Below, piece by piece: positions 6,850-15,959 of a DNA stretch of 17,839 nt; the first letter of the stretch is position 1, and each line of letters begins with the position of its first letter. The DNA is from Candidatus Hadarchaeota archaeon (GTDB lineage Archaea; Hadarchaeota; Hadarchaeia; Hadarchaeales; JAWBSP01). The notes under the pieces were generated by a model. The model was given only the letters and a program-made list of their open reading frames with translations, did not search any database and was not told the DNA's origin. The position numbers and the translations under genes are program-made. The DNA is taken from assembly GCA_964474885.1 (NCBI GenBank), contig CAYYWO010000013.1, forward strand, positions 1 through 17,839, in the 5' to 3' direction.

Positions 6850-9264
6850 ATGATCATTTCATCAAAACTCTTCCGGTTGAGTCTGATCATCTTGGGAATG
6901 ATATTGGTGATAGGAACAGTGAATGCTACTGAATTGGTAGACATCAACTACACTCAGATGAAAGAAATATATCCGAAGCCAAATTGGTCAGTATTTCATG
7001 GTTTTGGATCTGATGATGCACCAAACTTATGCCTTGATGCAAGCGTGGAGGATGGAACGAATTGGTTCTTTGGTGATGGTGCAAGCAAGTCATCGGAGAT
7101 CGTTCATAGTGGTAACTACTCAGCTAAGTTAGATAGTACTGGTTACGTTAGTACGACATACACGGCTATTGCAACATCGCCTTATTTCAATGTGGAGAAT
7201 GACACCTTGTATGAAGTATCGTTTTGGGTATATTCGTACAGTAAAGGTGACACAAGGTATGCTACAGTACTATGGTACAACGCCACTGGAGCGTATTTGG
7301 GCAGAAGTGTGGACATACCTTTGGACAACCCACGCCATGAATGGGTTAAAATTATGTTCTTGGTCAGGTCACCTACTGATGCCGCTAAGGCAAGGATAAG
7401 AGTGAGTCAAATCAATTCTGAAAGTGGTATGATCGCATATTTAGATGACTTTGAGTTCAGGAAGTATACAGCGCTAATGTTGAGATATGGTAGCTATCAA
7501 GTGCCTTTGGTGATATTAGTTGACGATCTGCCCAAGACCGTCACTTTGCAAGCCAAGGTAAACATTGGTGGCAATTGGATCACGACCAACGTGACCAATT
7601 GGTCTGTAAAATTGGAAGATCAAACACTAACAGTTATATCTGCAAGCTACAACACTACATCTGGTTGGTGGGAAATCGTAACGACTATTCCAACTCTCGA
7701 TGTTGATATATACAACTTAACAGTCGAATGTGACCACACTGATACAGGGTATCACTTTTACACCAAAGGCAAGGTTTGGATTTACGAGCCAAAAGAGCTT
7801 GAGGATTTGGTAATTATCCACGTAAGCGATATGCACTTCTACGATAAGCTCGATCCGAGAAGATACGAAAACGACACCAATCTCATCAATGCGTTTTATA
7901 TTGCTGATCAAATAATAAACATCAAACCAGACATTGTAATTGACACAGGAGACTTGGGAGACAGCTATCAAGAACCACTCGAATATCTAACATGGATCGA
8001 TTACTTGAATGCGCATGGAATACCCGTATTCTACGTAACTGGCAACCATGAAGGGCATCCGAAAGGTCACTGGGAATTTAACCAAGATTACTATTGGAAG
8101 TGGGTAAAGTTCATGGGCGATCCAGACAGATACTACAGCGTCGATTTTGGAAATTACCGTTTAATAGCTATCTGGACCGATGAGAACAACACAGGTACAA
8201 CCAGCACCACAGCGGCGATGTATAATTCTCAGCTAGTGTGGTTCAAATCAGAACTTGAGGAAGCCACATCCCAAGGTAGGAAGATAATTGTTGCGATGCA
8301 TGTTCCTGCAATCTTGCCAAATGTAGGGCTTGGTACATCTTGGGCAAACATAACACAGAGAGATCTTATAATAAATTATGTGAACAACAGCAATGTTTTG
8401 ATAGTGTTACAAGGACACGAACACAACACAGAACCAGACAGTGAATTTATAAATGGAACGCTTTGGGTATTTACTCTCAGCTATGGTAAAGTTGTAAATG
8501 GCTTGGGAACTTGTGCTGATCCTGGATTTAGGATTGTGAGAATTGACGACTCTGGTGTTTATACATGGTATGTTCCTACATTCTATTACACACACATGGT
8601 TGACACGAAGAACCTATACGAGAATTGTACATTCTCTATTGACAGATTTGCAAATAAAATAGTTGTAGTGACTGAATTAGGTGAATTCTCAGAGCTTCCA
8701 ATTCAAACCGTTGAGAACGCCATGTGGCTCGGTGCTACGTTACAGTACCATCCAGACCAAGCTAATGTGCTGTTGCTCAAGGACATCAAGATTGGTAGCA
8801 AAGAATTCGTAAAGGTTCCAGCCTATGTTTCGGCTAACTGCGATGTCAATGTTACCTTGAACGAATACTCCTCCTCAAGGATTTCATTCACAGCGGATGC
8901 ACCAGAAGGAGAGAGTGTAATGTTCACAATTGGGGGATTATATCCAGATACTCTCTACAAGATCTTGGTGGATGGTAATTTAGCTAAGCTGAGAAAGAGT
9001 GATACTTCTGGAACTATAATCTTCAATTGGTCGGATTGGTCTACTCATACTTTCATAATTACGTCCTCTGAAGCTATAACCTACTCAAGCAATGTCTTAT
9101 TACCGTTAATACTTGGGGTTGGTATCGCATTATTAATACTTGCTGTAATCGCCCAAGCAACTCCAATGAGAATAGATGATATGATCTTCAAGAAGATTGG
9201 AGCTTTAGTCTTCGTTCTGATAATAGTGCTACTCGGTATGTCGTATTTCACACTTAATTGGTAA
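6850..9264 (+). CDS. Secreted, membrane-anchored carbohydrate-binding module + calcineurin-like metallophosphoesterase fusion
   Basis: Signal peptide; CBM4/9-like pattern (NLCLDASVEDG, HSGNYSAKL, YEVSFWV, YLDDFEF); all five metallophosphoesterase motifs (SDMH, GDLGD, GNHE, MHVP, GHEH); many N-x-S/T sequons; two C-terminal TM helices. Confidence 0.88.
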   Translation: MIISSKLFRLSLIILGMILVIGTVNATELVDINYTQMKEIYPKPNWSVFHGFGSDDAPNLCLDASVEDGTNWFFGDGASKSSEIVHSGNYSAKLDSTGYVSTTYTAIATSPYFNVENDTLYEVSFWVYSYSKGDTRYATVLWYNATGAYLGRSVDIPLDNPRHEWVKIMFLVRSPTDAAKARIRVSQINSESGMIAYLDDFEFRKYTALMLRYGSYQVPLVILVDDLPKTVTLQAKVNIGGNWITTNVTNWSVKLEDQTLTVISASYNTTSGWWEIVTTIPTLDVDIYNLTVECDHTDTGYHFYTKGKVWIYEPKELEDLVIIHVSDMHFYDKLDPRRYENDTNLINAFYIADQIINIKPDIVIDTGDLGDSYQEPLEYLTWIDYLNAHGIPVFYVTGNHEGHPKGHWEFNQDYYWKWVKFMGDPDRYYSVDFGNYRLIAIWTDENNTGTTSTTAAMYNSQLVWFKSELEEATSQGRKIIVAMHVPAILPNVGLGTSWANITQRDLIINYVNNSNVLIVLQGHEHNTEPDSEFINGTLWVFTLSYGKVVNGLGTCADPGFRIVRIDDSGVYTWYVPTFYYTHMVDTKNLYENCTFSIDRFANKIVVVTELGEFSELPIQTVENAMWLGATLQYHPDQANVLLLKDIKIGSKEFVKVPAYVSANCDVNVTLNEYSSSRISFTADAPEGESVMFTIGGLYPDTLYKILVDGNLAKLRKSDTSGTIIFNWSDWSTHTFIITSSEAITYSSNVLLPLILGVGIALLILAVIAQATPMRIDDMIFKKIGALVFVLIIVLLGMSYFTLNW

Positions 9265-9278
9265 GGAGGTGAGGTGTT

Positions 9279-9626
9279 TTGGCTAGAAGAGGAGGGAAAG
9301 GAGGAAGGAAAAAGAAAAGGAGTAGAAAAGGAGGAGGATTATTCAAGCCTCCGAGACATAAGGATCTCGCAAAAATTGTAACTTTCGAATCAGTTAGCGG
9401 TGCGAGGCAAGCCGCTAGGAAGCTCAAGCAATTATTCAAAAATGCCAGCTGTGAGAGAAAGCTGATAATTTTAAGAGCAACCCAATATGCGGCAAACAGA
9501 GCAAAAGCTGGTGCCAAAAACCCCAAATTCTCAGCTTCAACGAAAAGGAAGTGGTTGCAGGTCAGCAGAATTTACGAAAAAGCGTCTGATTGGATGGAAA
9601 AGAGATACATCCCTTGCAAGAGGTGA
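9279..9626 (+). CDS. Basic protein, 115 aa, putative nucleoprotein
   Basis: AGGAGGTGA RBS and TTG start; MARRGGKGGRKKKRSRK tail followed by an A/K/R-rich helical domain. Confidence 0.82.
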   Translation: MARRGGKGGRKKKRSRKGGGLFKPPRHKDLAKIVTFESVSGARQAARKLKQLFKNASCERKLIILRATQYAANRAKAGAKNPKFSASTKRKWLQVSRIYEKASDWMEKRYIPCKR

Positions 9627-11738
9627 ATGCTAGTGAAAACAGGAATTTACACTCCCTACGGATATTTCCCAAACGAAGAAGCTTATCATGAATTCCTGCG
9701 TAGGAAATTCCCAGAAATTTATGGTTCGCAGAGACCTACTCATTCTCCTCCTCAAACAACCCATAAACCAAATCAAACTGAAATAAACAGAGAATTGAGA
9801 AAACTAGTTGCTCAGGGAGTTCCACCTGAAAAAGCCGCTCAAATAGTATCGGAACGATACGGTGTCAAAGCGGAGGTTTACAAGGTACATATCCCTTCCT
9901 TGACAAAAATACATCCGAAACCAGTTAAAAGACAATTGTCTCCTTTAGAACGAATTAAGCTAGAAATTGCAAAAAGAAGGGTGGCCATCGAGCGGAAGGG
10001 AGATATCGAAAGAAGCATCCCAATGCGATTGATCTATGGTGCTGAATTGGCTGGGTTAGGATTTGTCCAAGGAGGTTTAAATGTCGCTGAGAGCTTGAAA
10101 GACTTGGCCAATTTGGCAAGAAAAAATCCAGCAGATTTTGGCAAAAACTTAGTCACTGGCTCAATCGAATGGGCAAAATCCATACCAGAGAGAGTTAAGC
10201 TTGGATTCACCGAATCTCCGTTTTTCGTTGGCACAGTAGCATCTGAAATTGCCATAGCAGAAGCTGGGGGAAGGTTGCTTGGCAAAGCAATTCCCGAATC
10301 TGTAAAAACAAAAATACCCGTAAAAACGCCAATCGAGCAGATTAGAAGAAGATTGACTGAATTTAAGCCAGCATTTACAGTAATCGAAATAGGAAAACAA
10401 AAGACGATAATGAAAGGAAAAACACCCTCAGAAGTTGCAATAGTCGGAATGAAAGATTTTGGCAAGATTCAAGAGATTAAGCCAATCTCAGCGACCGTCA
10501 TCGAAACTGGATTCAAGCTCGAAGAGGGGGAAGGATTAGGAGTTGGAAGAATACGACAGAGGCTAGGTTGGGAACTGAGAACTGAGAAAGGTGAACCAAT
10601 CCGAATTACAACAGTTTACAAGAATCTTTTAGGAAAAAGAGCTATGATCACTTCTGAGTTCGGAGAAAAAGCTATTAGGATCTTAGCTAAGAAGGCAAAA
10701 GGAGAAGAAGTCAAAGGATTCGGAATAAGGATCGGTGAAATACATCCCATCAGATCCCAAGAGATGACGGAAAAGCCAGTTATCAGAGCCATCGGAACGC
10801 CGAAAGAGTTTATTCCGAAGGAGGAAACAAAACCACCGAAAGTAATAGATGTCAGAGGATTAATCGGAGAAGCTCCAATTACAAGACCGACGAGAAGAAA
10901 AACGATCGAAGTCGGAAGGAGAATCGAGCAAATCGTAAAAGCAGAGAAAGAAGCTAAGAGTATTGCAATCGTCGATGTCAGCAAAGAGGTTAAAGCTTTG
11001 GAGAGAGCTATAACTGAGACCAAGCCAATGGTTGGCTTTGCGCCAACTATGCCTTTGGTAGTTCCACCTGTGTTCACACCGCCAACCTTTAGCTACGCTC
11101 CGCCAACATTTTCAGTTCCAACCGTGCCAGTAGAATTGGAGTTAATCAGACCAAAACCAAAGACCGAATTATTTACACCTTTGGAAGTTGGCATTCAACC
11201 AACTGTTGGATTAAAAACATCATTTGTAACAACACCAAGCCTAGTAACTAGTGTTAAACCTCTCACAACCCCCATCGAAATTATAAAGCCAAGCATTAAG
11301 CCATTAATCGAAACCAAACCTCTGGTGGAACCAATTGTGAAAGTCGAACCCATTATAATCCCCGAAACAAAACCGATCGCAAGGCCGATCACAAGTCTTA
11401 AACCGATAAGCGTTCCAATTACAAGCATTGGAATCCCGTTAATACCAATTATCAATATTCCCATACCAAATCTTGGCTTTAGCTTAGGATTTGGAGCTTC
11501 ATCGTTTGTAGTGGGCAAGCCAAGCAAAAAGAAAGGAAAGAAGAAATACATAGGATTGCTCGCTGGTCTTACGGAGGTAACGCTCACAGAGCTTTTAACT
11601 GGTCGTAAGGCCCATCATCTGATGGTTCCATCTAAAATGGCCAAGTTCTGGAAACAGACGCTCAAAACTGGCGGTATAATCGAAGTTCCGACATTTGAGC
11701 AGATTATAGGCAAAACTCGAAGGAGAGGATTGTTATGA
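9627..11738 (+). CDS. Large basic Pro/Ile/Thr-rich protein, 703 aa, putative virion protein
   Basis: GAGGTGA upstream; long ORF coupled to both neighbours; Gly/Ala-rich amphipathic region and periodic Pro-rich region. Confidence 0.8.
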   Translation: MLVKTGIYTPYGYFPNEEAYHEFLRRKFPEIYGSQRPTHSPPQTTHKPNQTEINRELRKLVAQGVPPEKAAQIVSERYGVKAEVYKVHIPSLTKIHPKPVKRQLSPLERIKLEIAKRRVAIERKGDIERSIPMRLIYGAELAGLGFVQGGLNVAESLKDLANLARKNPADFGKNLVTGSIEWAKSIPERVKLGFTESPFFVGTVASEIAIAEAGGRLLGKAIPESVKTKIPVKTPIEQIRRRLTEFKPAFTVIEIGKQKTIMKGKTPSEVAIVGMKDFGKIQEIKPISATVIETGFKLEEGEGLGVGRIRQRLGWELRTEKGEPIRITTVYKNLLGKRAMITSEFGEKAIRILAKKAKGEEVKGFGIRIGEIHPIRSQEMTEKPVIRAIGTPKEFIPKEETKPPKVIDVRGLIGEAPITRPTRRKTIEVGRRIEQIVKAEKEAKSIAIVDVSKEVKALERAITETKPMVGFAPTMPLVVPPVFTPPTFSYAPPTFSVPTVPVELELIRPKPKTELFTPLEVGIQPTVGLKTSFVTTPSLVTSVKPLTTPIEIIKPSIKPLIETKPLVEPIVKVEPIIIPETKPIARPITSLKPISVPITSIGIPLIPIINIPIPNLGFSLGFGASSFVVGKPSKKKGKKKYIGLLAGLTEVTLTELLTGRKAHHLMVPSKMAKFWKQTLKTGGIIEVPTFEQIIGKTRRRGLL

Positions 11739-11980
11739 GAAAGGATAAGAAAGGGCAGTTTACAATCTTGGCTTTATTTACTCTATTTATAACGTTGGTC
11801 GTGACAGTGCAATTTTTGCCAATGATCTACGATATATGTTACAACATAAGTCAAGTGTGCGAAGAAAAGGGAGATTATGTAGCAGCCTTTTTGGTCAGAT
11901 TAATTCCAGTTAGCATAGTAATAGTCGAATTGGCCAGTATATTCTACTATGCAAAACCATATATAATAAAGGAGGAATAG
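11735..11980 (+). CDS. Second capsid-like hairpin protein (VP3-like) with class III signal peptide
   Basis: MRKDKKG|QFTILALF...LP; NIS sequon in the loop; second helix LVRLIPVSIVIV parallels IVGIIPTIVVVV of the 2629 gene. Confidence 0.72.
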   Translation: MRKDKKGQFTILALFTLFITLVVTVQFLPMIYDICYNISQVCEEKGDYVAAFLVRLIPVSIVIVELASIFYYAKPYIIKEE

Positions 11981-11983
11981 ATT

Positions 11984-14383
11984 ATGAGATGGCTGAGCAT
12001 AATTGTGGCATTAATATTCATCTGTGCGATTGGATTGGCTGATGCCAAAATATTGGAGGATTTCGACGATGGTAGCAATGATTTTTTCGCAGTATCAAGC
12101 AATCCGAGCTATGCCCACTCGGAGGAAATAAAGAATGATGGTTTTACCAAATATTTGCGTGTTAGTTATAAATTAGTAGATGATTATCAAGAAATATATT
12201 TAACAAATAATTCATTACATACTAGAACGATAAGCTTTGAAATAAGAAAAGCTTGGTATATGGCATCTTCTGCTACAGTATATATAAAAATAACTTTGAA
12301 TAACGGATATTATACGCAGGTCAGCAGCAGCGGCGGCGGCTGGTGGTATATAACCATGATCGGAGACTCAATTTTATTCTACAAGAATGGTGCACTGGTA
12401 AATCAAGTTGACAACACTGGTGGAGATTACATAAAAGGCATCAAAATAACAGTGCGAGCTGGTAAATATTACTCCGGATACAGCATGGGCATAGACATAG
12501 ACAACATAGCCGACTACGATTTCGTAGAAATTCACGATTACGATCAAATCCTCTACAAAACTCCAACGAGCGATACAATCCTTTATCTGAAATATATAGC
12601 CAAACCTTGGGCTAATAGCGTCAAAATAAACATAAGAGATTACGACGCTGGAATCGTCGTCGATACGATCGATCTAGGCAATACAACTTATGGCAAAGTT
12701 TCTACGAACATAACTGATTGGGATCTCGGATTGTATCAAGTAGAATTGATCGTCGACGGCCAGACCGAATCGACAAACTATTTCTTCTACGCCGACGGCT
12801 TGGCAAATCACTCCGTCGCTTTGGATAAGGAATCTTATCTATCCAATGAAAATATGCAAGCAAATTACAACATAGATCCCTACTATGCTTCTTACGATTA
12901 CTTTCTCAAGATCTACGATTCGAACGGGAACTTAATAGCGACCTATCCCGTATCTGGTTCAAGCGGTGTAAAATCCGTTCCCGCTCCCGAGAAAGGTGGA
13001 ACATATTACATTATCCTAACGAGATCCGACAATGTCGAATTGGCTTATGATGTATTCGGCGTCGTCGAGCAAGTAGTTATTAAAGGATACGTGAAAGATC
13101 AGTACGGAAATCCCATCTCAAACGCAACAGTAACTTTTAATCAGCTCACCAACATTTACAACGATACGACCGACTTCAATGGCTACTACGAATCGCCAGC
13201 TCTTTACGTAGGTGCAACGATCTACGTCAAAGCCAATAAAACAGGATATCAGCCCTACGATACGAGATTTACCCCCAAGAGCGGAGGAATCTATTGGCTT
13301 AACATGACGTTGGTAAACGATTCCGAAGCTTACGGCGTCTGGGGTATAGTAAAGCAAAAACCGCTGGGAAACCCTTTGGTTGGTGTCAAAGTGGTCATCG
13401 CAAACGAGACCTACAACAATACGGTGTACACGAACGATTACGGTTTCTACCGCTTTGACAGCATAGCTAATGGAACATACACCATTACGGCATCCAAGAA
13501 CAATTATACCTCTGAAAGTAAAACGATAACCGTAAGCGGCGATTGCAGAGTAGATTTTACCCTTACACCTATATACAAGCTAACTATACTCGCAAGAACT
13601 TCGTTTGGACTTTACCTCAACGAATTTCAGTGTACCATCGAAGATCAAACAACAGGTAAGCGTTATACATTTAACACCACAAAAGGCAATGTGATTGCAT
13701 TTTTGCAAACTGGTTGGTATTCGATCTATGTTACAACCGACAGATACTATGGTTCAGCAACTGTCTATCTGTATGGTGATAAGGTTGTAACCGTAACTGT
13801 AGCCGAGCTGCCGAGTGGGTTGCAAAAACAGGTTGTAGTTTACCCTCCCTTACATGCAATAACGCTTAAGATTGTAAAAGGACTGAAACCCCTAGTAGAT
13901 GTTCCCATTGTAATTACGGATCAGTATGGCAACAGCACAACTGTTTACACCGATTCGTACGGAAGAGCGGTATTCTGGGGCAACAAGACGATAAAATACA
14001 CGATAAACGTGAACAACAGCGAGAAGGTTGTGGAGCTTTATCCTTCCGAATCTGAATACATAATCGTGATTCCGAAGGGTTTAAACTACACGGTTAATCA
14101 AACAGTTCAGCAATATACGGTTGTAAACGGAACTTGGCAATGGGGGCTGACTGGGATTGCTGGTAACTTATCAAAGCAACTGTCCCCCTCGGCAAAAGGA
14201 ATAATAACAGCCATAGTAGTTTGGTTGGCGATGTTCGGAACCGCAAGATTTATGCAGAATGCGAGCGTTGTCGGATTGATTACTTTGGTTATATTGGCTG
14301 TTATCGGCTTCGCAGATATTATAACCGCCGTATTCTGCGGCCTATTCGTCGTAGGCATGTATGTTTTGAAGAGGTGGTTATGA
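11984..14383 (+). CDS. Large adhesin/tail protein with carboxypeptidase-regulatory-like beta-sandwich repeats, probably glycosylated
   Basis: Signal peptide; repeats IKGYVKDQYGNPISNATVTF...TDFNGYY and VWGIVKQKPLGNPLVGVKV...TNDYGFY; about 20 sequons; C-terminal TM helices. Architecture is analogous to SSV1 C792/VP4. Confidence 0.82.
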   Translation: MRWLSIIVALIFICAIGLADAKILEDFDDGSNDFFAVSSNPSYAHSEEIKNDGFTKYLRVSYKLVDDYQEIYLTNNSLHTRTISFEIRKAWYMASSATVYIKITLNNGYYTQVSSSGGGWWYITMIGDSILFYKNGALVNQVDNTGGDYIKGIKITVRAGKYYSGYSMGIDIDNIADYDFVEIHDYDQILYKTPTSDTILYLKYIAKPWANSVKINIRDYDAGIVVDTIDLGNTTYGKVSTNITDWDLGLYQVELIVDGQTESTNYFFYADGLANHSVALDKESYLSNENMQANYNIDPYYASYDYFLKIYDSNGNLIATYPVSGSSGVKSVPAPEKGGTYYIILTRSDNVELAYDVFGVVEQVVIKGYVKDQYGNPISNATVTFNQLTNIYNDTTDFNGYYESPALYVGATIYVKANKTGYQPYDTRFTPKSGGIYWLNMTLVNDSEAYGVWGIVKQKPLGNPLVGVKVVIANETYNNTVYTNDYGFYRFDSIANGTYTITASKNNYTSESKTITVSGDCRVDFTLTPIYKLTILARTSFGLYLNEFQCTIEDQTTGKRYTFNTTKGNVIAFLQTGWYSIYVTTDRYYGSATVYLYGDKVVTVTVAELPSGLQKQVVVYPPLHAITLKIVKGLKPLVDVPIVITDQYGNSTTVYTDSYGRAVFWGNKTIKYTINVNNSEKVVELYPSESEYIIVIPKGLNYTVNQTVQQYTVVNGTWQWGLTGIAGNLSKQLSPSAKGIITAIVVWLAMFGTARFMQNASVVGLITLVILAVIGFADIITAVFCGLFVVGMYVLKRWL

Positions 14384-14667
14384 TGGGTAGTACAGGGACA
14401 AAATCGCTGATAATCATGCTAACGATAAACATTTTCTTGGTTTTAGGAGGATTCACCATAGTGGATGTCGATCTGATGGGTATGTTTCAAGATCCGAGTA
14501 AATTCATAGCTGAGATATTGAAGCTTGGAATTGGCATCGCTGGGGCTCCCTTGGCATTGCTCGCAAACGCAGGCATTCCTGCCGAGATAAGGTTGGTATT
14601 TGGCCTACCTCTCACAGCCGCTTATACTTTAGCTTGGATACAATTTATCAGGGGCAAACCCCTTTAA
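14380..14667 (+). CDS. Small membrane protein, about 95 aa
   Basis: Start moved to ATG 14380/14383 (GAGGTG RBS, ATGA overlap); hydrophobic. Confidence 0.8.
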   Translation: MMGSTGTKSLIIMLTINIFLVLGGFTIVDVDLMGMFQDPSKFIAEILKLGIGIAGAPLALLANAGIPAEIRLVFGLPLTAAYTLAWIQFIRGKPL

Positions 14668-14681
14668 GGAGGTGTATAAGG

Positions 14682-14966
14682 GTGGCGGATTGGCTTAATA
14701 TAACCATGATCGAGGATTTGTTTTTCCAAGGATTCGTGGATGTATTCGGGAGCAGCTTAATAGTGTTCATATTCTTGTTAGGATTTTTCGCTTTCTTATG
14801 TTACAGCGGTAGGTTGAGCGTCGAAGAAAGTGCTTTGGTGTTCATCCCGTTGATATTTGGCGTTATTCAAGACGGTTGGTTGCCATTGTGGGTTAAAGCT
14901 TTGTTTATAATTGCAATAGCGGTTATATGGGCGATGGCAATTCTTAGAATCATCAGAGAGGGGTGA
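14682..14966 (+). CDS. Three-TM membrane protein, 94 aa
   Basis: AAGGAGGTG RBS and GTG at 14682; three hydrophobic segments. Confidence 0.8.
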   Translation: MADWLNITMIEDLFFQGFVDVFGSSLIVFIFLLGFFAFLCYSGRLSVEESALVFIPLIFGVIQDGWLPLWVKALFIIAIAVIWAMAILRIIREG

Positions 14967-14970
14967 TAGC

Positions 14971-15120
14971 ATGAGTAAAAAGAGAAAGAAGAAGAATAAA
15001 GGCATAATCGCAGATATAAAGCTGTGGGAAAGCCACAATCATACTCCCCTATTCAAGGGGAGAATCGAGGTCCCAACGATTGAGGAGTTAGTTGAGCTGC
15101 TTAAACGTAAGTTTGGGTGA
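14971..15120 (+). CDS. Small basic protein, 49 aa (not in ORF track)
   Basis: GGGTGA RBS; MSKKRKKKNKGIIADIKLWESHNHTPLFKGRIEVPTIEELVELLKRKFG; fills the gap. Confidence 0.75.
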   Translation: MSKKRKKKNKGIIADIKLWESHNHTPLFKGRIEVPTIEELVELLKRKFG

Positions 15121-15124
15121 TAGT

Positions 15125-15322
15125 ATGGTCTGGTTGAAAATTGAGGGAGAAGATGAAAGTATCAATCTCATCGAAGTGCACAGCATCAAAGCTATTTCAA
15201 TTAAGCCGCTGAGGAACGGCTTGGGAATTATCATAATGTCTGATGTTGTCGAAATCAAGCAGACTTTAGAAAGTGATGCGGATCCTGAAGAATTCGCCAA
15301 AGCTTTAATTGAAGCCTCTTAA
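15125..15322 (+). CDS. Small acidic hypothetical protein, 65 aa
   Basis: GGGTGA RBS ending at 15120, ATG 15125. Confidence 0.72.
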   Translation: MVWLKIEGEDESINLIEVHSIKAISIKPLRNGLGIIIMSDVVEIKQTLESDADPEEFAKALIEAS

Positions 15323-15812
15323 TAGCATCAAGATGATTATTGAGATAGTTCATATATAACCTCTTGAACTCTTCAAACTTTATATTTTTATCTTTCAATT
15401 CATGTCTTAGATCTTTTGGAGCGCCCAGCTCCTTAAATGATACATACTCTATTCCAACCTTGTTTAGTGCTTCCTTTAGCTTAGTCTTTGAAAATCCATT
15501 CTTCCTGCTTAAAGGCAACTCTCTAACATCTACAAGCAACTTTATTCCATGCTTCTGAAGGATATCTATAAAGTTGCTTACGGTCTTGCCTTCATAGCCT
15601 ATCGTATATATAACGGACTTTGCCTCTTCTTGATCTTTTAAAAGCTCTAAGGCTGACCTAAAGTTGTTTTTTGAGACCAAGTCTATATACAGCTTTAGAG
15701 CTTCTTCAACAGCTTTCCCAACAAAACCTCTTATACCACCATACCTTTTCTTAACAACATCTCTGAACTTAAACCAAAGTTCATCGTCAATTTCTACCTT
15801 TAATTCTGCCAT
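15255..15812 (-). CDS. RHH + DUF488 fusion, apparently C-terminally truncated
   Basis: N-terminal LKVEIDDELWFKFR...VEEALKLYI (RHH); IYTIGYEG, LVDVRELPLSRKNGFSK, IEYVSFKELG (DUF488); the usual C-terminal CxE...CHR is missing. Confidence 0.8.
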   Translation of the reverse strand: MAELKVEIDDELWFKFRDVVKKRYGGIRGFVGKAVEEALKLYIDLVSKNNFRSALELLKDQEEAKSVIYTIGYEGKTVSNFIDILQKHGIKLLVDVRELPLSRKNGFSKTKLKEALNKVGIEYVSFKELGAPKDLRHELKDKNIKFEEFKRLYMNYLNNHLDAIKRLQLKLWRILQDPHHFLKSA

Positions 15813-15844
15813 AATACCACATTACAAATCTTAAAATTTCTACT

Positions 15845-15873
15845 TTTCGATTTTTCGAAAATTCGAAATTTCG
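15845..15873. promoter_or_regulatory. TTCG(A) palindrome cluster, candidate operator of the RHH-DUF488 gene
   Basis: TTTTCGATTTTTCGAAAATTCGAAATTTCG contains TTTTCGAAAA and CGAAATTTCG palindromes 30-60 nt upstream of the ATG. Confidence 0.5.
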
Positions 15874-15959
15874 GCTTGCCTCAACATCCGGACGTTAATG
15901 GGTTAAAACAATTTTACAAATCACTTTTATAATGAATAACGAAAACTGATAAAATTCGA

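Noticed and set aside
6055-6947. Hydrophobic minus-strand ORFs (6055, 6210, 6265, 6516)
   Set aside because: Antisense shadows of purine-rich K/R codons; no RBS.
10034-11587. Minus-strand ORFs inside the 703-aa gene
   Set aside because: Antisense shadows without motifs.
12322-12340. CAG/CGG triplet run as a phase-variation tract
   Set aside because: Short and in frame (SSSGGG); slippage would not shift the frame.
6850-14383. Pleolipovirus-type fusion spike
   Set aside because: Both large secreted proteins are explained by other domains; capsid-like hairpins favour a spindle-type virus. A structure search is needed to exclude it fully.
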